Below are positions 12,014 through 24,614 of a stretch of DNA of 64,000 bases, piece after piece. The stretch comes from Cetorhinus maximus (Eukaryota). The notes beneath the pieces were generated by a model. That model was not told the origin of the DNA, ran no database searches, and worked only from the letters and a program-made list of their open reading frames with translations. Each line of letters opens with the position of its first letter. Within the stretch, counting starts at the first letter, position 1. The DNA lies in assembly GCF_964194155.1 (NCBI RefSeq), contig NC_135882.1, positions 1,426,001 to 1,490,000 of the forward strand. Reading direction: 5' to 3'. Both the position numbers and the translations under genes were made by a program.

Positions 12014-14810
12014 TCAACAAAGATCTGACAATGCTAATCCAGCGCTTGGCCCATAGCCCTGGAGGCTATGGCAACGCAAGTGACTATCTAAATACTTCTT
12101 AAATGTTACGAGAGTTTCTGACTCAACCACCCTTTCAGGCAGCGAATTCCAGACTCCCACCACCCTCTGGGTGAAAAAATTTCTCCTCAACTCCCCTCTT
12201 AGCCTTCTACCTCTTAACTTAAATATAGGCCCCCAGGTTATTGTGTCCCCCCCCCCCACCGCTAATGGAAAAAGTGCCTTCCTATCCACTGTATCTATGC
12301 CCTTTATAATCTTATACACCTATATCAGGTCCCCTTTCAACTTTCACTGCTCCAAGGAAAACAACCCCAGCCTATCCAATCTTTCCTCATGGCTCAGACC
12401 CTCCAGCCCAGGCAGCATCCTGGTAAATATCCTCTGCACCCTCTCCAGTGCAATCACATCCTTCCTATAATGTGGTGACCAGAACTCCAAGCAGTACTCC
12501 AGTTGTGGCCTAACCAGTGTTTTATACAGTTTCAGCATAACCTCCCTGCTCTTGTATATTCTATGCCTCGGCTAATAAAGGCAAGTATCCCATATGCCTT
12601 CGTAACCACCCTGTCTACCTGCCCTGCAACCTTCAGGGACCTGTGGATATGCACACCAAGGTCCTTCTGATCTTTAGTACTTTCCAGGGTCCTACCATTC
12701 ATAGTGTAATCCCTTTCCCAAGTGCATTATCTCACACTTTTCCGGGTTGAATTCCATTTGTCATTGCTCTGCCCACCTGACCAGTCCATTGATATCCTCC
12801 TACAGTTTACGGCTATCCTCCTCACTATTTACCACCCTACCAATTTTCATGTCATCCACAAATTTCTTGATCATACCCCCTACATTTAAGTCCAAATAAT
12901 TTATGTACACCACAAACAGCAAGGGCCCCAGCACCGAGCCCTGCGGAACCCCACTGGAAACAGACGTCCAGTCACAGAAACATCCCTCTACCATCACCCT
13001 CTGCTTCCTGCCTCTCAGCCAATTTTGGATCCGACGTGCCAAATTGCCTTGAATTACCATGGGCTCTTACTTTCTTGACCATGAGGGATCTTTTTAAAAG
13101 CCTTGCTAAAGCCCATGTAGACCACATCAAATGCATTACCCTCATCAACACTCCTGGTTACCTCCTCAAAAAATTCAATCAAATTTGTCAAACATGTCCT
13201 CCCTATAACAAATCCAAGCTGACTATCCCTGATTAATCCACATCTCTCCAAGTGCAGATATATTCTGTCCCTCAGAATTCTTTCCAGTGACTTCCCCACC
13301 ACTGAGGTTAGACTGACTGGCCTGTAATTTCCTGGTCTCCCTCTTCCTCCCTTTCTTAATAGTTGGACAACGATAGTAATCCTCCAGTCCTCTGGCACCT
13401 CACCTGTTGCCAGAGAAAATTACTGCCAGGGCCACTGAAATCTCTTCCCTTGCCTCTCTCAACAGCCTGGGATACATCCCATCCGGGCCAGCGGATTTAT
13501 CCACTTTTAAGGCCACTAAACCCACTAGCACCTCCTCTCTCTCTTTGTTAATTTCCTCTAGTATTTCAGTCCTTCACCCTGATTTCGATGCTTGCGTCGT
13601 CCTTATCCAATGTGAAGACCAACACAAAGTATTCATTGAGGACTGTACCCACGTCTTCCGGGCCCACACACAGATTACATCTATGGTCCCTGATTGGCCC
13701 TATTGTTTCCCTAGTTATCCTCTTGCTCTTTATATATTTTAAAAACCCCTCTTGGTTTTCCTTTATTCTACTTAGTAATGCTTTCTCATGCACTCTCTTA
13801 GCTTTCTGAATTTCCTTTTTAAGTCTCCCCCCTGCACTTTTTATACCCCTCTAGGGACTCTGCCATATTGAGCACTTGGTATCTGTCATAAGCTTCTTCT
13901 TTTTTCTTAATCCTAACCTTTATGTCCCTTGATATCCAGGGTTCTCTGGACTTGGTTCCTGCCCTTTGTCTTTATGGGAAGATATTTGCCCTGTACTCTC
14001 GCTATTACCTCCTTGAATGCCTCCCTCTGCTCTAGCACAGTTTTATCTGCAAGTAGCTGCTCCCAATCCACTTGGACCAAATCATATCTCATCTCAGTAA
14101 AATTAGCCTTTCCCCAGTTTAGAACTTTTATTCCTGGCCCAACATTATCCTTTTCCATAACTACCCTAATTCTAACTGAGTTATGGTCACTATCTCCAAA
14201 ATGCTCCCCGACTGAAACACCTTCCACCTGCCTGGTCTCATTTCTGAACATTAGGTCCAGAACTTCCCCCTCCCTTGTTGGGCTTTCTACATACCGAAAG
14301 AAAAAAGTTTTCCTGGATGCAACTTTCCCTCCCTCCCTACCTTGCACACTAAAACTATCCCAGTTAATATTTGGTTAGTTAAAATCTCCTCCTATTACTG
14401 CCTTATTATTCTTCTCTGAAATTTGATTACATATTTGATCCTCTGTCTCTCCCTGACTGTTTGGGGGCCTATAGTACACACCCAACAGCGTGTTTGCTCC
14501 TTTTGTGTTTTTTTTACTTCTACCCATATGGCCTCATTGGATGATTCTTCCAAGTTATCATCCCTCCTCACTGCTATAATTGATTCCTTGATCAATATTG
14601 CGACCCCCCTCCTCTTCTAACCCTCTCTCTATCTCACCTGAATACCCTATAACCAGGAATGTTGAGCTGCCAATCCTGCCCTTTTAGCCAAGTCTCGGTC
14701 ATAGCTATGATAACATACTCCCACATGCCTATCTGTGCCCTCAGCTCATCTGTCGTCTTCCTCAGGCTCCTTGCATTAAAATATATTCCATTCAGCCTTG
14801 CTAAACTCAC
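12014..14810 (-). pseudogene. CR1 ORF2 (APE endonuclease + reverse transcriptase), disrupted
   Basis: IYFNARSL..IAMTETWL; SDHNSV; PGNYRPVSLTSVVGK; GVPQGSVLGPLLFVVYIN..KFVDD; LYKTLVRPQLEYC; RRNFFTQRVVGVWNSLP. Several frameshifts. Confidence 0.92.
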
Positions 14811-14899
14811 TTCTTTCTTATCTAGCCTATGTTTCCTCTGCTTTCCACACTCACTTACTAGTGTTTTAACTTCTAATGCCATCTCAGCTTCTCTCCCTC

Positions 14900-15885
14900 T
14901 GAACTACTTTTCAGGATCCCATCCCCCTGCCAATTTAGTTTAAGTCCGCCCCAGCAGCATTAGCAAACCTCCCCGCGAGGATGTTGGTCCTGTTCCTGTT
15001 CAGATGTAACCTGTCCAACTTGTACAGGTCCCAATGCCCCAGAAACTGTCCCAATGTCCCAGGAATCTAAAGACCTCCCTCCTCCACCATCTCTCCAGCC
15101 ACACATTCATCTGCTCTATCCTTCTGTTCCTATACTCACTACTTCATGGCACCGGGAGTAATCTGGAGATTACTACCTTTGAAGTTCTGCTTTTCAATTT
15201 CCTACCTAACTTCCTAAAGTCTGCTTGCAGGACCTCATTTCTCTTTCTTCCTATGTCATTGGCCCCAACATGGACCACGACCTCTGGATGTTCACCCTCC
15301 CACTTCAGAATGCCCTGCAGTCGTTCCGTGACGTCCTTGACCCTGGCAGCCGGGAGGCAACATACCATCCTGCAATCACATCTACGGCCACAGAAGTGCC
15401 TATCTGCACACCTCACTAACGAATCCCCTACCACTGTTACCCTTCCACACTTCTTCCTCCCCTTCCTGAGCAGCTGGACCACCCACAGTGCCATGGCCTT
15501 GGCTCTGTTTGATCTCCATAGAGGAACCATCACTCTCACTGTTTTCCAAGGCCGAAAAATGGTTTGTGAGCGAGATGCACTTGGGGGATTCCCTCGTGAC
15601 CTGCCTGGTCCCCTTCTTCTGTCTGGTGGTCACCCATTCCCTCTCTGCTTGCAGCTCCTTGAACTACGGGGTGGCCGCGTTCTGAAACATGCTGTCCACG
15701 ACCCTCTCAGCCTCATGAATGCACCGTAATGCCCCCAGCTGCTGCTCAAGCTCCAAAACCCAGAGCTCGACTTGCTCCAGTCAGAGGCACCTCTTGCACA
15801 CATGGTCATCCAGAGCTCCAGGAGCGTCTAGGATTTCCCACATAGCGCGGGATGTCCAAATCACGGGACTGAGCTCCCCAGACAT
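14900..15885 (-). pseudogene. CR1 ORF1 (zinc-finger remnant + SGNH/GDSL esterase-like domain), disrupted
   Basis: ATG at 15885 gives MSGELSPV..MWE..HVCKRC*. Later VVGDSLVR..CCLPAARVKDV..VVVHVGANDIG, typical of CR1 esterase-type ORF1. Confidence 0.85.
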
Positions 15886-15980
15886 CTCTTAACTAAACAG
15901 AATGTGGACCCTTGCTTTTATTTTACCCTTACTCCTACTTGAGTCTCGCTGTTTTAACCTCTCTTTCCCGAAGTTAAACC

Positions 15981-16985
15981 TGAAGTCCCCGCCACTCTCC
16001 GCGCCCTTTTCAAACTGAAGTCCCCGCCACTCTCCGCGCCCTTTTCAAACTGAAGTCCCCTCCACTCTCCGCGCCCTTTTCAAACTGAAGTCCCCGCCGC
16101 TCTCCGCGCCCTTTTCAAACTGAAGTCCCCGCCACTCTCCGCGCCCTTTTCAAACTGAAGTCCCCGCCACTCTCCGCGCCCTTTTCAAACTGAAGTCCCC
16201 ACCGCTCTCCGCACCCATTACAAACTGAAGTCCCCACCGCTCTCCGCGCCCATTACAAACTGAAGTCCCCACCGCTCTCCGCGCCCATTACAAACTGAAG
16301 TCCCCACCGCTCTCCGCACCCATTTCAAACTGAAGTCCCCACCGCTCTCCGCACCCATTTCAAACTGAAGTCCCCACCGCTCTCCGCACCCATTTCAAAC
16401 TGAAGTCTCCGCCGCTCTCCGCGCCCTTTTCAAACTGAAGTCCCCGCCGCTCTCCGAACCCTTTTCAAACTGAAGTCCCCGCCGCTCTCCGCACCCATTA
16501 CAAACTGAAGTCCCCGCCGCTCTCCGCACCCATTACAAACTGAAGTCCCCACCGCTCTCCGTGCCCATTACAAACTGAAGTCCCCACCGCTCTCCGCGCC
16601 CATTACAAACTGAAGTCCCCACCGCTCTCCGCGCCCATTACAAACTGAAGTCCCCACCGCTCTCCGCACCCATTTCAAACTGAAGTCCCCACCGCTCTCC
16701 GCACCCATTTCAAACTGAAGTCTCCGCCGCTCTCCGCGCCCTTTTCAAACTGAAGTCCCCGCCGCTCTCCGCACCCTTTTCAAACTGAAGTCCCCACCGC
16801 TCTCCGCGCCCATTTCAAACTGAAGTCCCCGCCGCTCTCCGCACCCTTTTCAAACTGAAATCCCCGTCGCTCTCCGCACCCATTTCAAACTGAAGTCCCC
16901 ACCGCTCTCCGCGCCCATTTCAAACTGAAGTCCCCACTGCTCTCCGTGTCCTTTTCAAACTGAAGTCCCCGCCGCTCTCTGCTCC
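15981..16985. repeat. 35-bp tandem array, 28 full units + 1 partial (tgaagtccccRccRctctccgcRcccWttWcaaac)
   Basis: Units start every 35 bp from 15981 to 16961, head-to-tail, with no spacers. Confidence 0.97.
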
Positions 16986-17419
16986 TTGTGCAGGAGGTAC
17001 TTGAACAGTCCCTTTCCCATTGCAAAGGCACTAACTTCTCCCACCCCTTCATAAAGGCACTGTCTGCCTCTAACCTAACTACACGTTCAGAGGTTTTCAG
17101 TTCACACCTAATTCACCACGTTTGTTTACCTCACAACTCACAGAAGCGCTCATCCAATCCTACCGCTATTCACTCTTCAGACCTCAGAACATTTCCCTGC
17201 TGCGATCCCTACAACTCTTGTTGCATTCAGAGAGCAGACTACATCTATCATAAGACTTGAAATTGCCATGGCAACCTGCAATAAGTTTGCTCAAGGAGTG
17301 AAACAATGGAGCCAGGTATAAGTCCCAACAGGACTGACAATGAGAAGAACTTCAAGGAGTTAATTGATGTTGATTTCCCAATCATATCCCATGATGCAGA
17401 AAGTCATTTGACTTTTTGA

Positions 17420-18020
17420 TACCCTTGTCTGAGACTGAGATGATGCTTAATTTGCACTATCAGACTCCAGCACATTATCTGGACTGACACTTCAATGTAG
17501 CACTGAGGGAGTGCTGCAGTTTTAGAGATGCCATCTTTGTGCTGAGATATTAAATTGAGGCCTTTCATCTGACAAAAAATATCCACTGACATTACTTAAG
17601 CACCAAAAGGGAGTTTCATCCTTCAAACACAACCAAAGAAACCTGAAGTGGGCATTTGGTGCATTTGCTCTTTAGGGGAACTCTCTTCCTCAAAAGGCAG
17701 AGGAAGCAGAGTCTTTGAATAGTTTTGAGGCGGAGCTAGACATATTCTTGATAAACAAAGGGGTGAAAGGTTATCGAGGGTAGGCAGGGATGTGGAGTTG
17801 AGGTTGCATTCAGATCAGGCTTGATTTTATTAAATGGCAGAGCAAGCTTGAGGGGCCAAATGGCCTACTCCTGCTCCTAATTCGTATGTTCGTATGTATG
17901 CTCATATATATAGGACTGTGCAATTACCAAATTTGCTGACCATTGCCCATGTAACGGTGACTACACTTCAGAAGTAATCCATTTAGTTGCAAAGTTTGGC
18001 ACATTCCAAGGATATGAAGA
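17420..18020 (+). mobile_element. Deu-domain SINE interrupted by a CR1 3' fragment (~17676-17900)
   Basis: gcactgagggagtgctgca..gagatattaaattgaggcc. CR1 part ends ggcctactcctgctcctaattcgtatgttcgtatg; the SINE resumes gactacacttcagaagtaatccatt. Confidence 0.65.
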
Positions 18021-18304
18021 CACTTAGGCTGGGATTTTCCCTGAAATCAGCAAAGTCTAATATCAGGCGGGGAAATAGGTATTTGACCCGCCGACGACAA
18101 TGGGGCAATTTCACCCTGTATCTTGTGGAACATTGTTGAAAAAAAAATCAGAGGCACAGGTTTTACATTGGATTGCTGGCAGGGTGGCCTTGGATTCACC
18201 CACCCCACCATGACCTCAGAGTTTCACTAATCCAGGCGCCATATTTAAAGGCTGCCCCTGCACAGAGCTAGCACTCTCCAAGGAATAGGAAGCTGCTGGG
18301 ATTG

Positions 18305-19905
18305 ATGGCTGCCAAAGCTAGGAAACATGCTGCCCCCAAATTTAGCGAAGCCTCCTTGAGCGCCTACTAGATGCAGTGGATGCCTGCCACGATGTCCACT
18401 ACAGCCACTCTGGGCAAAGACCATCTAGCAAGGTCACCAGGCCAGTATGGGAGGCTGTGGGCAGCGGTGGTCAGCACCAACACACTGAAAAAGAGGACAG
18501 CTACCTAGTTCCGAATGAGGATGAATGGTGATCTCCGCTCCGCCACGGCAAGTCACTCTTTTCAACACTCTCAACTCCCACACTCACAAACTCATCACAC
18601 ATCCACAGGGATCTCACTCACTGCCAGCTCAAGGGACATTACCATTCACTCTCTCGCACACACCTTCATCTGCCCTGTGGATCGTGTCCTTATCCTGTCC
18701 ATGACAACACTCTCTGCCCACACATGCCAGGCATCCTTCTCATCTGCCCTGGCAGGCATCTTGCTTACACTCTCTCCATCTGTCTTCATGCAGGACAAGC
18801 TGGCACACATCAAAAGGGAGAGATCCCAGACTGGTGGAGGAATGCTCAACCTCAAGATCCTGACAGACTTTGAAAATAGAGCAGTTCAGCTAGCCGTCGA
18901 GGATTTGAACCGCTCACGTGCTAATGGTGAGGTCGGCGATGCTCAACCAATGAGGATCCAGCAGTGCAACACCCATCAGCCAGCCATGCTGTGAGTGATG
19001 TCTCCACATGTGGGAAACAGCCGAGGGGTCCACGAGCCAGGTCCTCTACTCCAGTCGCGAGGACACCACAGAAGAAGAATCCGCAGACAGTGACATTGAA
19101 GACTTGTCATAGCATTTGCGCTCACCCACACCCTCCACCAGCGCAGAGAGACACACCTCAGTGGGACCTATTTCTAGAGTAGCCTTGGGGTCACAATCTG
19201 ATGAGCACATCGCACTGTCTGATCCATGGCAGGCAGGGGTAGGCACATCTCGGGGTGCCGGCACTCAGAGGATTGCTGGAGGAGAGGAACCTGCTGAGTC
19301 CAGAGTGGATGAGGAGCCTCTAGACTGGGTCATACCTCAGTTGCTGGAGCTGCAAAGCTCGGGAACACTGGGAAGGGATGCACTCACTGGTAGGATGGTG
19401 ACCACCATGGAGAGCTTGGTCCAGGACATCGGCCCTGTAGTGCTGCAGGAGTTGCACTCCATCACTGAGGCACTTGCTGGCATCCATCATCAGTGTCAAC
19501 GTGGAGGGGGACAGGGCATCTCGAGCTCACTGCAGTTGCCCTATCCTCTCAAGGAGTCAGCCAGTGACCCTCGGGCACCAATGGGGAGGGGAATGAGCAG
19601 TGCACACCCCGGGGCCACCCACCCACCCAGCTGACTCCCGGAGTGACCGGCCCATCTGAATCCTCTCTTCCTGTGACCCTAGCAGCTCCAGCTCCACAGG
19701 CCGAGCAGGGTGGCACGGCAGGACCCCTAAAGCAGGCCAGCCCGGTCTGTGAACTGGTCCAGGTCTTAGCCCTCCAGAGGACGCCCGCCAAGGTCATCAC
19801 AGACAACAAGGCGTAACAGCCAGCAGGCTGCCTCCATCTCCGCTGTGGATGTCGGGGATATACCAAGACGTAGTGGCATGGTTAGAAATGGTCAAGAAGA
19901 TGTAG
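18305..19905 (+). pseudogene. Harbinger Myb/SANT-like DNA-binding protein, spliced, disrupted
   Basis: MAAKARKHAAPKFSEASL..LLDAVDA..W.AV..KRTAT*FRMRMN. Intron 18548-18793 (gcaagt..atgcag). Exon 2 reads DKLAHIKRERSQTGGG. TATTTAAA upstream at ~18242. Confidence 0.75.
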
Positions 19906-20199
19906 TTGCACAACGTGGGCACGGGTGTTAATCACTTGTACGCAATGTTGACCATTGTAAATACATTCCCAAGAATGTCTCCTTGTTTATGGCTCCTTGC
20001 TATGATGAGCAGTGTTCGTGTCAATCAGATGTGAAACCTTGGTCCCTGCACAAATGAAGGCACGTGTTGCAGTTCAGGGCCTCTGTCCAGTGCAGTGTGT
20101 AACCTTCTGAGCACAGTGGTTGTCCAGCTTCAAAGCCACTCTCCAGATCAGTGATGCCTGCACCTCAGTGTGGCTTGTGTTTGCTGCAAGTATCTCCTA

Positions 20200-21465
20200 C
20201 CCAAGCGTCACTGGGTTCCGTGATGTTCTCATCACCATCCTCCAGGAATCTTGTGGCAATTAGGGCCTCACAAGCACTCCTGCCTCATCTGGCCAATGTA
20301 ATGGCCTCATCGCCTGCATCCTCCCCTTCCAGGACCTCATCACCCTCATCAACTTCGACTTCCTCCTCCTCCTCATTAGAGATGTGCAGCTCTTCCAGTC
20401 CCTCATCACCCAGGTCCATCCCCCTTTGCACTGCCAGGTTGTGTAGTGCGCAGCAAGCCATGATGATCTGTGACACCCTCTGGGGAGTGTACTGGAGTGC
20501 TCTGCTAAATCTGTTGAGGCCCCGGAACCTCATTTTCAGGAAACCTGTGGTGTGCTCCATCAAACTCCGGGTTGTGGCATGAGCCTCGTTGTACTTTCTC
20601 TTAGCAACAGCCTGAGGTCGCCATGTGGGCATCATCAGCCATGTCCTCTGTAGGTAGCCCTTGTCCCCGAGGAGCCAACACAGCAGTCTGTGTTGTCCCT
20701 GGAAAATGTCAGGGATCTGAGACCTGCTGAGGATGTACAATTCATGGATGCTTCTGGGGTATCTTGCATAAACCTGCATGATCCATTAGTTATGGTCGCA
20801 GAACAGCTGAACATTGAGGGATTGGAAGCCTTTGCGGTTCACATACTGGACCTGCTTGCTGCCAGGGAGATTTAAGAGACATGTGAATGTCGTCGATGGC
20901 ACCCTGCACCTGTGGGAATCTGGAAAACTCAGCAAATCCAGTGCTCTTGTTTCCTGGCTTGCCTGGTCTCTGTCGAAGTTGACAAAGTTGTGTGCCTTGG
21001 CAAAAATGGTGTCCGTGACCTCCTGGATGCATTTGTGGGCGGAGGCTTGTGAGATCCCACTAAAGTCCCCAGTGGAGCCCTTGAAGGAGCCACTGCCGTA
21101 GAAATTGAACGTGGTGGTCACCTTTGCTGCCACTGGCAGTGGATGCTCTCTGAGTCCCCGTGGTGCCAAATCCTGCAGAAGGTGGCCGATGTGAGTGACC
21201 AGCTCCCCTGACATGTGCAGGCATCAGCGACACTGGTTCTCGCTCATCTATAGTTAGCACATGTGTGTCTATAGACCCTGGGTCTAGTGAGGCAGTTATG
21301 AATAACGGCTCCCTGGGGTTCATCCTCTGTGTGCGGAGGAGGCCCTTTCGCCCCGTGCTCTTGAAGGTTCTGCTCCTCCCTTTGGCGAGCCAGGCGCCTC
21401 CGTTATATTCTTCTGTTTTCTGTCCTACCTATAAGCATTGAGGCAGACAGCAAGATCACCAGGTT
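20200..21465 (-). pseudogene. Harbinger (HARBI1-like, DDE_Tnp_4) transposase, disrupted
   Basis: FYGSGSF..GDFSGISQASAH; FPQVQGAIDDIH; YVNRKGFQSLNVQLFCD; WLLGDKGY; YNEAHATTRSLMEHTTGFLKMRFR; ACCALHN; acidic tail. Confidence 0.92.
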
Positions 21466-22378
21466 CCTGATGGCCTCCTCACTGCAGTATCAAAGAGAGA
21501 GACATGAGGGCCAGCAATTGTCTCCTAAGGACCACTCTTGGCCAAGTCATCGCCTGCGGCTGCCTCTCAAGGCCCCTTTGCAGATGCTGGAGAGCCGTGG
21601 CCAACATATGGACGGCCAGTGTTTAGTGTGCATGATGATTGGCCAAAACCCCACCCAGCACCGCCCCACACCACATGACCGAGTGGCGACAGCTTCGGCC
21701 ATTCGACTGCATCCTGAACTCTCATCTCAGGCACAGGCATTGTCCTAACCTGCACTCCAAGGCTTCACAGTTTGCTTGGACTGTGAGGGTGACTTTATTG
21801 TCTGCTTAAACATAATGCAAGGGATTAGGAACACACCCTTCTGTCATTGTTCCATGGCCACTTTTCCCAAGGGGATCCTCAAGCTTGCCCAGTTGCCCAT
21901 TGGTTCTGCAGCACCATAGCACTCATTCAATTTTCAAATCTGCACGAGAGGGGTTAAAAGTAGAGGAGCAATCATTGGCACTCAGGAATTAGTGCAGCTT
22001 GAGTGAGCACAATTGCTTGTCCAGCCTGATTTCAAACATGCCAATTGGGCTGAAGCTAGATGGTCTTAGCTGTGGAAGAGTGCTCATCTTTGACATGTTT
22101 TCCCATTTGCCTGACCGTTTCCTTCCCACCTCTCCCCACCGTCCCAGCATATGTTAGTGTGCAACCCTCAGTTTGTGCTGCCATGGCCCTGCCCACTCCG
22201 CACTGTTGCCCTAGCCACGAGGTTTCCTTCTCCCCGGTACTGTTACCCTAGCCTCGAGGTTCCCTTCTTTACGGCACTGTTGCCCTATAGAATCATAGAA
22301 TGGTTACACTACAGTATTATGACACAGCCGATGGGAAAAGCTGAGTTGTTCAAATCCCAGAGAGAAACTTGAAGCATC

Positions 22379-22767
22379 TGTCATAACCCCTTTTTGCAAT
22401 TTGTATGTTTCAAGATGCAGGCTTTGAATTCAGTAGTAATAAGACCACTGAGTCTCAGAGTTTTATAAAACTAAATTAAACATTTATTAATACAAGAAAG
22501 ATTGTAAACACATACATACATCTACAAAATTACTACTATAATAACTACAGAAACCCCCTGATTAATCTCTCAGTTACAACCCCATTAAGGCAACAGTAAA
22601 TCTCAAAGATTTAAACAGACACCTGGCAAAGCACAATCTGGGCAGTCGCATTCAAAATGAGTTCCTTTCAGCTCTGGGTCCTTGCAGACAGCAGCTTGAG
22701 GCTTCTCACACTTGTTGGATCTTAAAATGCCTCTATCTTACACACAATTTCCTTTCTCCTTTATACA
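22379..22767 (-). mobile_element. Possible LTR fragment
   Basis: Starts tgtcataac (..CA end on the - strand). Reverse-strand AATAAA (catttattaa) and TATA-like ttataca. Truncated by a MITE. Confidence 0.3.
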
Positions 22768-23091
22768 TGGTCAGCATTTCACAGTTGGTGTGCGGGGGTG
22801 GGCCCGACATGCCGGCACATGAAATGACACGGGATGACGTCGGGCGTGCGTCCCAACGTCATTGCGCTGTCCCGCAATGTTTCATATTAAGGCCATTAAC
22901 AAAGTAATTAATGTCAAGTTTATGCTTCCCGTCTAACCTTACGGTTGGCGAGCAGGCGAAAAGGCCGAGCAGCCTTTACATTTTTTAGGTAACCCCATCC
23001 AGGAGCAGGATGAGGCTTCCTAAAGTCTTATGAATTAAATAAGAAGTTTTTCTGATAAATAAAAACACGTCCCATCTCATGTGACACAGTC
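22768..23091. mobile_element. Left part of Harbinger-like MITE M1, truncated by CR1
   Basis: Matches 25620-25995 (gcccgac, ttaaggccatta, aaaaggcc.agc.gcctt, ctcatgtgaca). Confidence 0.7.
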
Positions 23092-24030
23092 TGCCAATGT
23101 TTTTTCATGCCCCCTTTTTGCTCTCCTAATTTCCTCTTTAAGTTCTCCCCTACACATTCTATACTCCTCTAGGGCTTCCGCTGTTTTGAGCCCTCAGTAT
23201 CTGCCATAAGCCTCCCTTTTTCTCTTTATCCAATCCTGTATATCCCTCGACATCCAGGGTTCCCTGGATTTGTTGGTCCCACCCTTTATCTTTACTGGAA
23301 TATGTTGGCCCTGTACTCTCCCTATTTCCTTCTTGAATGAGCCCCACTACTCTGATGCAGATTTACCTAAAAGTAGCTGCTCCCAGTCCACTCTGGTCAA
23401 ATCATATCTGATTTTACTAAAATTGGCCTTCCCCCAATTTAGAACTCTGATTCCTGGCCCATCCTTGTCCTTTTCCATAACAACCTTGAATCTAACGGAG
23501 TTATGATCACTATCTGCAAAATGCTCCCCCACTGATACCTCTACCACTTGCCCAGCTTCATTCCCTAAAATTAAGTCCAGGACCACCCCCTCTCTTGTAG
23601 GACCTTCTACGTACTGGCTTAAAAAGCTCTCCTGGATGCATTTTAAGAATTCCACCCCCTCTAAACTGATCACACTATGACTAACCCAGTTAATGTTGGG
23701 GAATTTGAAATCCCCCACTATTACTACCCTATTATTTTTACACTTCTCTGAAATTTGCCTACAAACCTGCTCTTCTATTTCTTTCTGACTGTTTGGGGGG
23801 CCTGTAATACACTCCCAGCAATGTGATTGCTCCTTTTTTGTTTTTCAGTTCTACCCATATGGCTTCATTTGAGGAGCTTTCTAAGATGTCACCCCTCCTT
23901 ACTGCTGTAATTGATTCCTTGATTAATATTGCGATATCCCCTCCTCTTTTACCCCCTTCCCTGTCTCGCCTGAAGACCCTAAATCCTGGAATATTGAGCT
24001 GCTAATCCTGCCCCTCTCTTAACCATGTCG
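23092..24030 (-). mobile_element. CR1 endonuclease-region fragment
   Basis: GDFKFPNINW..LSQYVEGPTREGVVLDLILGNE..DSDHNSVRF. Similar to 13800-14700. Confidence 0.9.
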
Positions 24031-24034
24031 CTGA

Positions 24035-24380
24035 CAGCTTCTCCAGTCTGTCCACGTAACTGATGTTCCTCATAGCTGGAACCATTCTCATGAATCTTTT
24101 CTGCACCCTCTCTAATGCCTTCACATTCTTCCTAAAGTGTGGTGCCCAGAATTGGACACACTACTCCAGTTGAGGCAGCACCAGTATTTAATTCAGGTTT
24201 ATCATAACTTCCTTGCTTTTGTACTCTATGTCACTATTTATAAAGCCCAGGATGCCGTTTGCTTTATTAACCACTTTCTCAACCTGTCCGGCCACTTTTA
24301 ATGATTTGTGAACATATAGCCCCAGGGCTCTCTGCTCCTCCACCCCTTTAGAATTGTACCCTTTATTTTATATTGCATTA
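24035..24380 (-). mobile_element. CR1 post-RT fragment
   Basis: Reverse strand gives QLE.CVQFWAPHFRKNVKALERVQKRF-like sequence. Confidence 0.75.
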
Positions 24381-24614
24381 TAGTTGGCTGAAATGAAGGA
24401 ACATTTTGCCTGCTCTTTTCTTGCTTCAAATGATGATTGCAGAAGGAGGATGAAGGAAAAGCCAAAAGGAAGAAAGCATCTGAAGAAAAGAGGGTTCACC
24501 ATTTCCATTACAGTACAAAGTCCATATACAGACCCTGTTAATCAAAGTAAATGGTGTTCATAAGGAGCCTCTCTAATGCTCTTTGTAAAATGCAGTGAAT
24601 TCAACACTGAAAAC

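Larger units (their letters stand above)
11953..16985 (-). mobile_element. Near-full-length decayed CR1 LINE
   Basis: Colinear on the - strand: 5' monomer array, ORF1, APE endonuclease, RT, and 3' tail ctatgaatctat. Assigning the array to the element is inference. Confidence 0.9.
18027..22285. mobile_element. Decayed PIF/Harbinger DNA transposon (two convergent genes); right end not located
   Basis: Putative left end tta|ggctgggattttcc; Myb/SANT gene on +, DDE transposase on -. Confidence 0.8.

Noticed and set aside
15034-15729. 231-aa + strand ORF
   Set aside because: Antisense shadow of CR1 ORF1.
15981-16985. CRISPR-like array (35-bp period)
   Set aside because: Units are head-to-tail with no unique spacers, there are no cas genes, and the context is a eukaryotic LINE.
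20200-21465. Domesticated HARBI1/NAIF1 host genes
   Set aside because: Frameshifts and stops in both genes, in a transposon-like arrangement.
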